Assembly (NCBI GenBank): GCA_029259415.1
Contig: JAPDIW010000005.1
Coordinates: 13,805 to 77,804 of the forward strand
Source of the DNA: Archaeoglobi archaeon
GTDB taxonomy: Archaea; Halobacteriota; Archaeoglobi; Archaeoglobales; Archaeoglobaceae
Direction: 5' to 3'
Length of the DNA: 64,000 bases
The position numbers were made by a program, and so were the translations under genes. Positions 29,325 to 37,833 of this stretch are shown one piece after another; the first letter of the stretch is position 1; each line of letters opens with the position of its first letter. The notes under the pieces are model-generated. The model was not told the DNA's origin. It searched no databases and was given only the letters and a program-made list of their open reading frames with translations.

Positions 29325-30409
29325 TTGTCTGAAATAAAAACGCCTACTTGGACCCCTGATCCTCATACCCTAGCAAAACATGAAATTTTAAAGAGATACC
29401 TGAAGGCATGGTTTCCAATATTGGGTAGTAGAAACCGTAGAGTAGTTTATCTTGATGGATTTGCGGGACCAGGGATATATGAGGATGGGAGTAAAGGATC
29501 TCCAGTTATTGCACTGGAGTGTTTAATTGAGCACCAATTAAGGACTAAACTTACCAAGACAGAATTCGTTTTTATTTTTATTGAAAGAGATAGAAAAAGA
29601 AAAGAGATTCTGGAGAGTGTGTTAGAGAAACAATTTCCAGAGTTACCTGACAACATAAAAATCCATGTAATTAATGCAGAGTTTGCACCTACCATGAATG
29701 AGATCTTGGATGATTTGGAGAAATATGGTGCAAAGTTGGCCCCAACTTTTGCATTTTTAGACCCATTTGGGTATGCTGGCCTTCCTTTAGAAACAATAAA
29801 AAGAATGATGAGCTATAGATCTTGCGAAGTTCTAATAAACTTCAACTACAAATCAATCAATCGATTTGTTCAGGTTTCTGATACTCGTGAAAAAGTATTT
29901 GATGAGTTGTTTGGAACAAAAGAATGGAGAAAAGTCCCAAAGAAAGAAGACTGTTCTTAATTGAGTTGTACAAATCTCAGTTAAAACAGTTTTGCGAATA
30001 CATCAGCTCGTTTGAGATGGTCGACAAGTTCAATCAAGTTCTCTATGACCTCGTTTTTGCAACCAAGCACATTAAAGGATTAGAGGTTATGAAAAATGCA
30101 ATGTGGATGGTGGGACCCCCAGGATCATACAGATTCTCTGACACAACTGACGTCCGACAAGTGCGTCTTATTGATTATTTTGGAAATGACTTCTGGGTTT
30201 CGGATGCAGCAGAGATGGTTTTTAAAGAATTTAAGGGGAAAACAGCTACAGTTGATGAGATTTATGAGTTTGTGATAGCCAAAACACCATTTATATTTAA
30301 AAAAGAAATATTAAAGAGACTTGAAATTCAGGGTAAAATCACAGATGTGAAGAACAGAAAGAGAAGACTGACGTACCCTGATGGCTGTGAAATTATTTTT
30401 TCAAAGTAG
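29325..30409 (+). pseudogene. tcmP: Three-Cys-motif partner protein TcmP-like (SAM-binding domain plus wHTH), split by one frameshift near 29937
   Basis: WTPDPHTLAKHEILKRYL, YLDGFAGPG, GSPVIAL, FLDPFG, EVLINF; second ORF with LYDLVFATKHIKGLEVMKNAMW. Confidence 0.8.
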
Positions 30410-31348
30410 GCAATTACACCTGATCCTCCTGTAATCCAGCCCCAAAGCCTCCCACATTCCGACTGTCTCCTTGCACAGCCCATAATCTCTGAACCCCTTC
30501 TCCTCCAACAGGTCGATGACAAACCTGTACATCTCCAGTCTGACATCAAACCTCGGCTTCAGCCCCCAGTTACTTTTCTCATCCAAATACTTAACCCAGC
30601 TCGTATCCCTGGCACACCTTATGGTGGTGCTCAACCCCCTCAGCGTGCCGAGCGTAAATCTGTCGGGCTCAAATCTCCTGAAGATCTCCTCCACCAGCTC
30701 TCTGTAGTGCTCCCTCCAGCCCTCAACAGGGACCATCGGGTCAATCCTGACCCTCACAGGATATCCATGTTCATGGAGCTTGCGAGCTGCCTCAATTCTT
30801 CTCAGAGGATTGGGGGCTCCCTTCTCCCACCGCTCTGCAACCGGGAAGGCGTTGATGCTGAAACTCACTATAACGTTCTCGGGTTCAATCTTCAGAAGGT
30901 TGTCCACCCTGTCAGACTTGGTGACGAGAAGCAGTTTGTAGTTGTCCTGTTCCTGGAACATCCTGGCGAGTTTCACCGAAGCTGGTGGATTCTGGTACTC
31001 CCCAATAAGGGAGTCCGAGAGCTCACCAGCATTTAGCAACTCCTCCCTCGAATTGTGCTGGAAAAGAGCCGTAAGGTGCAGCTCGATCTTCTTCCAGTCC
31101 TTGACAAAAGGCCTCTTACCCCTGTCAAGGAGCCTAAAGGTCCCCTGCAGGTAGCACCAAGCGCAGTTGAAGGGACAGCCGTTAGCCCACTTCAGCTCCA
31201 GAAAATGGGGGCAGACAACGTCAGTGGTCTTCTTGGGCACAGGAGTGCGGTCAAACAGCTTGATGATGGACCCATCTCCGACACGTACCACCCTCTTTTC
31301 CATTTCTCCAGTCAGCGATGTTACATAGTCAACAACGACTTTTGGCAT
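30401..31348 (-). CDS. Spore-photoproduct-lyase-like radical SAM protein
   Basis: GCPFNCAWCYLQ, GELSDSL, LVTKS, SFSINA, RIEAARKL, RVRIDPMV; start placed at MPKVV. Confidence 0.85.
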   Translation of the reverse strand: MPKVVVDYVTSLTGEMEKRVVRVGDGSIIKLFDRTPVPKKTTDVVCPHFLELKWANGCPFNCAWCYLQGTFRLLDRGKRPFVKDWKKIELHLTALFQHNSREELLNAGELSDSLIGEYQNPPASVKLARMFQEQDNYKLLLVTKSDRVDNLLKIEPENVIVSFSINAFPVAERWEKGAPNPLRRIEAARKLHEHGYPVRVRIDPMVPVEGWREHYRELVEEIFRRFEPDRFTLGTLRGLSTTIRCARDTSWVKYLDEKSNWGLKPRFDVRLEMYRFVIDLLEEKGFRDYGLCKETVGMWEALGLDYRRIRCNCLL

Positions 31349-31507
31349 CTCCTCTACTATAAACCCATCCCACAAATTTAACTTTTTTTTGAATTGAACG
31401 CCTGGGAGATATCATCTTCATCATACCTTAATTTTCATCCTATATTAATTTTTCTCAACCCGCTTACAATGTTGATGGCTGTCATGCACGCAAAATAAAT
31501 TTGAGAC

Positions 31508-31777
31508 TCAGAACGACTTCTCATACCACTCCGCCACCGCCTTCTTGACCCTCTCAGGTGTGGCGAACCAGAGCATCCTCTCAAACAGGTCATCCAGCAG
31601 ATCCTGCCCCATCTCTATCCTGCAGCTCTTGAAGTCCACGTAGAACAAGCCGTATAATCGCCCAACGGCCTCCCTCATGGGAATGAGCTTCGCATCAACG
31701 TCCACCTTCTCGTCCTGGCCCTTGACCCTCAAAATGACCCTGAACCTGTAGTCATCCCTCTCGAGCTCCTCAACCAT
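31508..31777 (-). CDS. 89-aa hypothetical protein
   Basis: Coupled to the upstream 65-aa gene. Confidence 0.65.
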   Translation of the reverse strand: MVEELERDDYRFRVILRVKGQDEKVDVDAKLIPMREAVGRLYGLFYVDFKSCRIEMGQDLLDDLFERMLWFATPERVKKAVAEWYEKSF

Positions 31778-31967
31778 CCCTCTCACCCCTCAACCAATCG
31801 TAGAACCTCTCCGCCACCTCAACAACCTTTCCAGCATTTCTGTCCGGGCTGCTGAGCCTCGACTGTTCCGAGACCGTGACCACCTCCACAGCCAGTTTCA
31901 GTGCTGTGTGCCGGGCTATGCGCTCCTTCTCCCTATACATCTTCTCAATCCGCTCCTCCCGGCTCAT
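31770..31967 (-). CDS. 65-aa helical protein
   Basis: MSREER...IARHTALKLAV...VAERFYDWL; TATA CTTTATA 21 bp upstream (leaderless). Confidence 0.7.
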   Translation of the reverse strand: MSREERIEKMYREKERIARHTALKLAVEVVTVSEQSRLSSPDRNAGKVVEVAERFYDWLRGERDG

Positions 31968-32154
31968 GAATATCTCTACCCACGCGGGTATAAAGCTTTG
32001 AACCCCCAGATGCAAGTGAAAACTTATCTACACATAGAGATTTGTTTTAAGCTTGCACTTGTATCAAAAGGTGTTACCCGTCTAAGTTACAGTAAGATTA
32101 ACCATGAAAATAAAAATTCTGAGCGGTTTTCGATTCCAGGAGCTCTGCAGGATC

Positions 32155-32508
32155 TCACTCGAGGCAGTAACACCCAAGAGAGGGTATGTGGACATCACCC
32201 CTCAAATGCCTGACAGCAGCGGTGATCCTCTGCACGGTAGCCACGTCAAGCTCCCTCATCACGTTGTGGAGCGTGGACTTCTTTGGAGGATTTCTGTAGG
32301 TCCACCCGTGCTGTCTCAGCATGTCAAGGTTCTCTTGGCACCACCTCTCCGCCTGCCTCAGGCTCCACCCCTCCTTGAGGGTGAGGTAGATTACCGCCGT
32401 CAGCAGGGTGCGTGGGTAGGGATGTCTTCCCCTCTTCACCTGGTGGTGATCCGACCCACCGAGGACCATCCTGCACGCCTCGAGGATAACCTCGAACTCA
32501 TCCCCGAC
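32155..32508 (-). CDS. Stand-alone transposase-type N-terminal HTH domain (IS4/IS5-like), no DDE domain; start approximate
   Basis: RGRHPYP...LTAVIYLTLKEGWSLRQAE...PPKKSTLHNVMREL. Confidence 0.6.
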   Translation of the reverse strand, partial: VGDEFEVILEACRMVLGGSDHHQVKRGRHPYPRTLLTAVIYLTLKEGWSLRQAERWCQENLDMLRQHGWTYRNPPKKSTLHNVMRELDVATVQRITAAVRHLRGDVHIPSLGCYCLE

Positions 32509-32575
32509 CAAACTACCAGCACCCCTCAGACGCAATCTGACCTGTCCAAAAAATAGAATTTTGATGAACCCTATG

Positions 32576-33166
32576 TCAAACATCCAGCGTCACGGTAGCC
32601 TCCAGGATCTTGTCTCCGTTCCACCTCCAGACCTCGCTGTGTATGGTGTAGGTCCCGTGGCTCCAGCCCCAGATCTCGACGGTGTAGGTCTTAGTCTCGT
32701 TGGGCTCAAGGTTCAGCGGCACGGGGAACGGGGCGTTGAACTCGCTGATCCTGCCATCGGGGCCTATCACCTTCACGAAGCCCGTTACGTAGTCGATAGA
32801 TCTATTGTCTACGTTCTTCAGGGTGACCAACGCCGTTCCCGCATCCAGATCGACCGAGTAGTCCACGATCTCCAGGTCGTTGTCGGTCTCTTCAGCATAC
32901 ATCTCCGCAAACCTTTCGTAGCGCTTTTGAATCTCCATGTACTCCGCCGTCTCGCTCCTCCCCTTCTGCTCCAGCTCCCTCAGCCTGTTCTCGTACTTCT
33001 CCATGATCTTCTTCACGGCCCCATCGTATGCGTCGTCGCTCACTATGCGGAGCATTCTGCCTATCTCCATGACGTGCAGGTAGAGCTGATCTGTAACGTC
33101 CTCCAGGAACATTCCTAGGGGGGCCGCAACGACCAGCGAGAGCATGACCAACGCTGCACTATTCAC
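32576..33166 (-). CDS. Signal-anchored protein with coiled coil and C-terminal Ig/CARDB-like domain
   Basis: GTG start after GGAGGTGG; VTLKN...LEPNETKTYTV. Confidence 0.75.
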   Translation of the reverse strand: MNSAALVMLSLVVAAPLGMFLEDVTDQLYLHVMEIGRMLRIVSDDAYDGAVKKIMEKYENRLRELEQKGRSETAEYMEIQKRYERFAEMYAEETDNDLEIVDYSVDLDAGTALVTLKNVDNRSIDYVTGFVKVIGPDGRISEFNAPFPVPLNLEPNETKTYTVEIWGWSHGTYTIHSEVWRWNGDKILEATVTLDV

Positions 33167-33456
33167 GACTCCACCTCCCACACAAGGCAGGGAACCACAG
33201 CCCCGTTCTCCTGCTTCCTCGCTGACTTCACAGCCACATACCAGCGTCCCTTCCACCACACGGGAAACTCGTCACCGAAATCGGCGGTGGCGAACTTAGG
33301 ATGCCTCTGTGGCTTGGGAAAAATGGTCCTTATGCCGGTCCCCTTCCTCCCGTACACAACGTAGTCCTCATCCTCGAAGCGGGCCTGCTGCTTGAACCTA
33401 ATCGTGGTCCTCTCCCGCTTGGGGCGGGTCGCAACTCGTCTCCGCCTGGGCAACAC
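33163..33456 (-). CDS. 97-aa basic protein
   Basis: RBS AGGAGGTGA; coupled to the next gene. Confidence 0.7.
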   Translation of the reverse strand: MLPRRRRVATRPKRERTTIRFKQQARFEDEDYVVYGRKGTGIRTIFPKPQRHPKFATADFGDEFPVWWKGRWYVAVKSARKQENGAVVPCLVWEVES

Positions 33457-33473
33457 ATCTCACCTCCTCCAAC

Positions 33474-34697
33474 TTATCCGACAGGGCTCAGCTGGATCCT
33501 CACCACGTAGGGATTCATCGGATCCACAGCCGAGCCGTACACACCCATCCCTTTAGGAATGTTGTCCACAACCTTATAAAAAATATCGATAAAACCTTCG
33601 AACTTCACACTTGCCGTCCTTACCAACCTCGTCAGCTTGCTACGCTGGACATAGCCGAGTACGTATATCTCGTCTGCATTCTCCACAACTATCCTCTCAA
33701 GGGCATCTGGTGACTGGGTTTCCAAGAACACCGTCCACCCATACGATCTCGCCAGCACAGTGACCAGCCTTATTATCTCCCTTTTCGCCTCGAACTCGCC
33801 GGTTTCAGGAGCGTAGATGTGGCTCTCGGTTATGCCTATAAAGCACTCTTGCCTCTTGTAGGCCCTCTCGACCATCTTGAGCATCTGCGCAACAACGAAG
33901 CGCTTGATGTCTATATCTCCGAGATCGGACAGATCCACGATGTTAATCTGCTCTGGATGGATGTAGCCGTGCACGGTTTTGGCTTTGTTCACTTCAAGAA
34001 GCTGGTCCATCCTCAGCAGCTCGATGAAGCGCTTAACATGCAGCACCATGGTGTTGAAGTATGGGTCGTCCTGAAACCTGTAAAGCTCGTTCTCCACCGC
34101 ATCAACTAAGTCCTGGATAGTAATGTGGTTATCCCTACTCTGCCAGACCCTCTCCAGCACAAGTCCTGCTACCGTAGAGGACATCCGCTTGCCGAAGTAC
34201 TCTGCAATCGTTGAGTAGTCCAACTCGGCAAGCGGGATTTTGAGTTCAATTTCTTCCCTGCTCTCACTCTCTTTTAGTGGAACGAGATACCTCTGCGGTG
34301 AAGCACAGCCATCGGGTGGAGCGAGCCTGATTCTCTCTATGCCAGCCTCCCTTATCTGGTTTAGCGACGGTGAGCGGTTGAAGTCCAGGTCCCCCCTCTT
34401 CTCCTGGAATGCCACGATGGGGTTCTTGGTGGTCCTGTAATAGGCTTGGATGATGTTGCGCATGAGGTTCGTTTTGCCTATTCCCTTTCCCGCCACCACA
34501 AGGATCACCTTGCCCTTCTCGACTGAGTAGGCTGAGGGGTTAAAGTAGTGGGGCTGCATCCAGGGCGTGCGGTGACCTATTTTGTAGCCTATCTTCACCG
34601 CATTCTCGCACCCTCTGTATACCAGCCTGAGCGGGATGTACCTGTCGTCCCTCCTCTTCGGCAGCTGAAGCCTTGCCGTATTATATTTTAATAGCAT
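33474..34697 (-). CDS. HerA/FtsK/VirB4-like P-loop ATPase (putative packaging/extrusion motor)
   Basis: Walker A AGKGIGKT; Walker B region FIGITESH; LARSYG; FLETQSP. Confidence 0.85.
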   Translation of the reverse strand: MLLKYNTARLQLPKRRDDRYIPLRLVYRGCENAVKIGYKIGHRTPWMQPHYFNPSAYSVEKGKVILVVAGKGIGKTNLMRNIIQAYYRTTKNPIVAFQEKRGDLDFNRSPSLNQIREAGIERIRLAPPDGCASPQRYLVPLKESESREEIELKIPLAELDYSTIAEYFGKRMSSTVAGLVLERVWQSRDNHITIQDLVDAVENELYRFQDDPYFNTMVLHVKRFIELLRMDQLLEVNKAKTVHGYIHPEQINIVDLSDLGDIDIKRFVVAQMLKMVERAYKRQECFIGITESHIYAPETGEFEAKREIIRLVTVLARSYGWTVFLETQSPDALERIVVENADEIYVLGYVQRSKLTRLVRTASVKFEGFIDIFYKVVDNIPKGMGVYGSAVDPMNPYVVRIQLSPVG

Positions 34698-34727
34698 GTC
34701 CGTCGGACCTCCCACCGGACTCAACCA

Positions 34728-35267
34728 TCATCTTTTGAGCACCTGTCCGAGCTCACCCATAGTCATTCCACTATACTTGGAATGGTTGAAGTAGACGACC
34801 TTCCTGTCTGCTATTAGAATTGAACCGATCAGACCCTTTGATTCGAGCTCTTTCTCTATATCCGAGACCGTCTGCTTCTTCAACCCCAACATTCTGACTA
34901 TTTTTGTGGTCGGGGCTACGCCTCCGAGTTCCTTCAGCGTCAACAGGTAATTCTTCAGGTTGTCGCTGCCGTTGAGCGAGTTTAGGGCGCTTGCCAGCCA
35001 GTCCTCGAAATCCTCTTCGACCTCTGCTTCCTCGACCTCCGTTTCCTCTTCGGCCTCCATGCGCTTTACGGCGGAACTCTTCTCCTTCAGCTTGGCTATC
35101 GTGTGGATCGTCTCGTTATCCAGATCATCTATTGCCTCAAGCAGCCTCTCGAACTCCTCCAGCACGATCTCCATGTTGGGAAAGTCCTTGCTGATCTCCC
35201 TCAGCAGCTTCTCCAGGATCCTGTTCCGGTAGAGCATCAGCCTTCCTATGGTTTCGAGTTCGCTCAT
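34728..35267 (-). CDS. Coiled-coil plus C-terminal winged-helix protein
   Basis: Acidic linker; TTKIVRMLGLKKQTVSDIEKELESKGLI. Confidence 0.8.
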   Translation of the reverse strand: MSELETIGRLMLYRNRILEKLLREISKDFPNMEIVLEEFERLLEAIDDLDNETIHTIAKLKEKSSAVKRMEAEEETEVEEAEVEEDFEDWLASALNSLNGSDNLKNYLLTLKELGGVAPTTKIVRMLGLKKQTVSDIEKELESKGLIGSILIADRKVVYFNHSKYSGMTMGELGQVLKR

Positions 35268-36163
35268 ACGTACCTCTCTCCGCCCTCGACCCTTGCGTTG
35301 AGGTTCTGCAGCTTCTCCGTAGCCCTCCTTATCCTCTCCTCCCTGAGCTTCTTCCCCTCCAGGGCGTAGAACTCGTCTATCTCCTCGTCGCTCAGGATGC
35401 CCTGCAGGAGCCTCTGCTGGTAGTAGTACTGCCTGAAGAACGGGTTGGTGAAGACGGAAAGCTTAACTGCTCTGTTCATGTCCTTCAGCAGCTCGGTGTT
35501 TAGCTCGGAAACCCGCTTGTAGGCCCTCCTGAGGAAGCGGTTCTCCTCAATTGCCGGCTCAACCCTCTCCGGAGGCACGACCCTGAAGGTGTTGCCATCT
35601 ATCGTCTGCAGCGTTTTTGCATGAATGATGATCTCCTTGGGCGAAATGCTGAGGATGAGCTCCTCCGGGACCTCGAGCCTCTTCCTTCCCCTGCCGAAGA
35701 TCCTTGTTATCGCTTGGATGCCGTTGAGGAAAATGCTGTTGTGGACGGGGAAGTAGTAGAAGACGTAGTAGCCGTGCAGGCCGTCGAGGCTCAGCCTGTC
35801 GTAGCTGTGCAGCTTTCCTATGACGACGTTACCCTCCCCGAAGGCCGTCTGCTCGTCGTACCATATGGTGATCCTCTGTCCCCTGGCCTTGTGCAGCCCC
35901 CTGGTGGCCTTCTTCAGCCTCTTCTCCGCCTCCTTCTCGGCCTCCTCCCTGATCTGCTGTTCTATCTCCTTCTTTGACTCCTCTTCGATGATCCTCTTTA
36001 TCTCCTCCCTCGGGATCGTTATCCCGACCTGCTCCAGCGTGCTCTCCGCCTCCTCCACCTTCCTCTTCTTTCTTCCTGCCTTAGCGACGAGGTAGAGGAT
36101 GATGGACGAGGCCAGCGCGATTGAGAGCGTGAAGATCAGAACCATCGGATCGCTAGGAAGCAT
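35264..36163 (-). CDS. N-terminal TM plus coiled-coil protein, 299 aa
   Basis: One TM followed by a basic patch and heptads. Confidence 0.8.
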   Translation of the reverse strand: MLPSDPMVLIFTLSIALASSIILYLVAKAGRKKRKVEEAESTLEQVGITIPREEIKRIIEEESKKEIEQQIREEAEKEAEKRLKKATRGLHKARGQRITIWYDEQTAFGEGNVVIGKLHSYDRLSLDGLHGYYVFYYFPVHNSIFLNGIQAITRIFGRGRKRLEVPEELILSISPKEIIIHAKTLQTIDGNTFRVVPPERVEPAIEENRFLRRAYKRVSELNTELLKDMNRAVKLSVFTNPFFRQYYYQQRLLQGILSDEEIDEFYALEGKKLREERIRRATEKLQNLNARVEGGERYV

Positions 36164-36590
36164 CCTCGGCCACCTCCGATTTTACCAGCACTTCCACCCT
36201 CCTCCTCTCCTTGGCGTCGTGCAACTTCAACGCGGAGAGGAGCATCTGCATGACCGAGTATGCAACGAGGGCGTAGCCCACAACGTAGCCGTAGCCGACG
36301 TACTGGGCGTAGTCTGGAGCCACCACGAGGATCCTCTCGATGTACACGTTGGCGACGTCGCTGAGCCTCAGGATGGTCGTTCCCAGACCCAGAAAAACGA
36401 CCGAGTTGAGGAAGAACACCAGAGCTTCAAGAATCTCGGATGGGATCTCCCTTCTCTTCCCGTTTTTCTTCTCTCCGGTCTCGACGTCTTCTTCGTCGAT
36501 ATCTTCTACCTCAAAGTCATCCCAATTCTCTTCAACATCGACGTCCTCCTCATCAACCCGTCTTCGCCTGAACAACCTAATTCCTGTCAT
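36153..36590 (-). CDS. Membrane protein with acidic N-terminus and 2 TM
   Basis: D/E-rich tract followed by two hydrophobic segments. Confidence 0.75.
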   Translation of the reverse strand: MTGIRLFRRRRVDEEDVDVEENWDDFEVEDIDEEDVETGEKKNGKRREIPSEILEALVFFLNSVVFLGLGTTILRLSDVANVYIERILVVAPDYAQYVGYGYVVGYALVAYSVMQMLLSALKLHDAKERRRVEVLVKSEVAEDAS

Positions 36591-37203
36591 ACCACCACCC
36601 CGCTAAAGCCAGGAAGCCCAGGGTTCCGAGAACGGCGTAGACGACCCACATGGGCGGGAAGTAGAGCAGGAACCCCATCAGCTGCTCCCCGACGGTCGGT
36701 TTATCGGCAACTGCCTCGATATCTGTCCTCATCGACTTCAGCTCCTCCTCAAACCGGGACAGCTTGTCGTTGAGCTCGATTAGCTTGAGCCTCATCTCGT
36801 CCGGAGTGACGGGCCTGTAGAGCTCTTCTGGGTACACCTTGGCTTTGAAGGTCTTGGTTGAGTAGCTGAAATCGTTATCTGACAGCTTCACGTACTGAAC
36901 GTTCACAACCTGCTGGGTTACCCTGAGCTTCCAGCCCGTCTGATCCTCCTTCTCAATAACACCACCAGTAACCTTGATCCTGTCCGCTATGGCCCTCGGA
37001 AAGTGACTGTACCCTCCGATGTAGAGCTCCCTCGTGACGTCCCCCTCGTATGTGTAGTAAATGGAGGACTTCAGGCAAGCGGGCTCGCCATCTCCGACCT
37101 CGGATGCCTGCACGATCGCTATCGTAACTATCCCGTACAGGCACAGGGTGAGTAGGACCAGCAGGATCACCACAATCGCTCTTCTAGCGTCCACTCTCTC
37201 CAC
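36577..37203 (-). CDS. Protein with N- and C-terminal TM and an extracellular domain
   Basis: Hydrophobic termini and a short coiled coil. Confidence 0.75.
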   Translation of the reverse strand: MERVDARRAIVVILLVLLTLCLYGIVTIAIVQASEVGDGEPACLKSSIYYTYEGDVTRELYIGGYSHFPRAIADRIKVTGGVIEKEDQTGWKLRVTQQVVNVQYVKLSDNDFSYSTKTFKAKVYPEELYRPVTPDEMRLKLIELNDKLSRFEEELKSMRTDIEAVADKPTVGEQLMGFLLYFPPMWVVYAVLGTLGFLALAGWWYDRN

Positions 37204-37441
37204 CCCCCGTCAGCCTGAGAACCGTATCAAGGGCGTTCAGCTGAGCTTTTAGCTCCTCTAATCTCTCTTGGGCAAACTTGCGTGTTTCTGGGTCGTTAAT
37301 GTTTCTGAGGTCAATTTCCAGCCGTTTTATGTCAAATTCCAGAATTCCTTTCTGTCTTTCGATTTCTTTTCGATCCTGTTCGGAGTATGGCACTTGGACA
37401 TTGAGCTTCTTCGCTCCATTCTTGAATCTGATGTTTATCAT
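37184..37441 (-). CDS. 85-aa coiled-coil protein
   Basis: Overlaps both neighbours. Confidence 0.65.
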   Translation of the reverse strand: MINIRFKNGAKKLNVQVPYSEQDRKEIERQKGILEFDIKRLEIDLRNINDPETRKFAQERLEELKAQLNALDTVLRLTGGGESGR

Positions 37442-37833
37442 ACCCTCACGACCTCCTTAACGAATCTGATACTGTCTAAGACTCTCTCCGCAACATACAC
37501 AACCGCCCAGATTAGCAGAAATGCCCATATCAGCGTAAACCCTGCAAGATGTCTGTGCACATCCTTTGAGACGAGTATAGAGAGCGTTGCCACTGCTGTA
37601 AATGCTATCATGCCTTCAAGAGCATAGTCAATGATTCCTGCAAGCCACCCATAATCTGCAAGCCACTCCAGACCTCTCCACGCTTCCCCTCCAAACAGGT
37701 CTGCGAAAGCCCATACCCTGAAAACGTATCCGTCCGGTAGGCCGAATCCCCTAAAAACAACCCACTCCATAAGGAACAGGGTAATCCAGTAGCCAAGCAT
37801 GCCCAAAATTCCGGTTTTGAGATGTTGGTTCAA
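37438..37833 (-). CDS. 131-aa multi-TM membrane protein
   Basis: Three hydrophobic segments; TTG start. Confidence 0.7.
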   Translation of the reverse strand: MNQHLKTGILGMLGYWITLFLMEWVVFRGFGLPDGYVFRVWAFADLFGGEAWRGLEWLADYGWLAGIIDYALEGMIAFTAVATLSILVSKDVHRHLAGFTLIWAFLLIWAVVYVAERVLDSIRFVKEVVRV

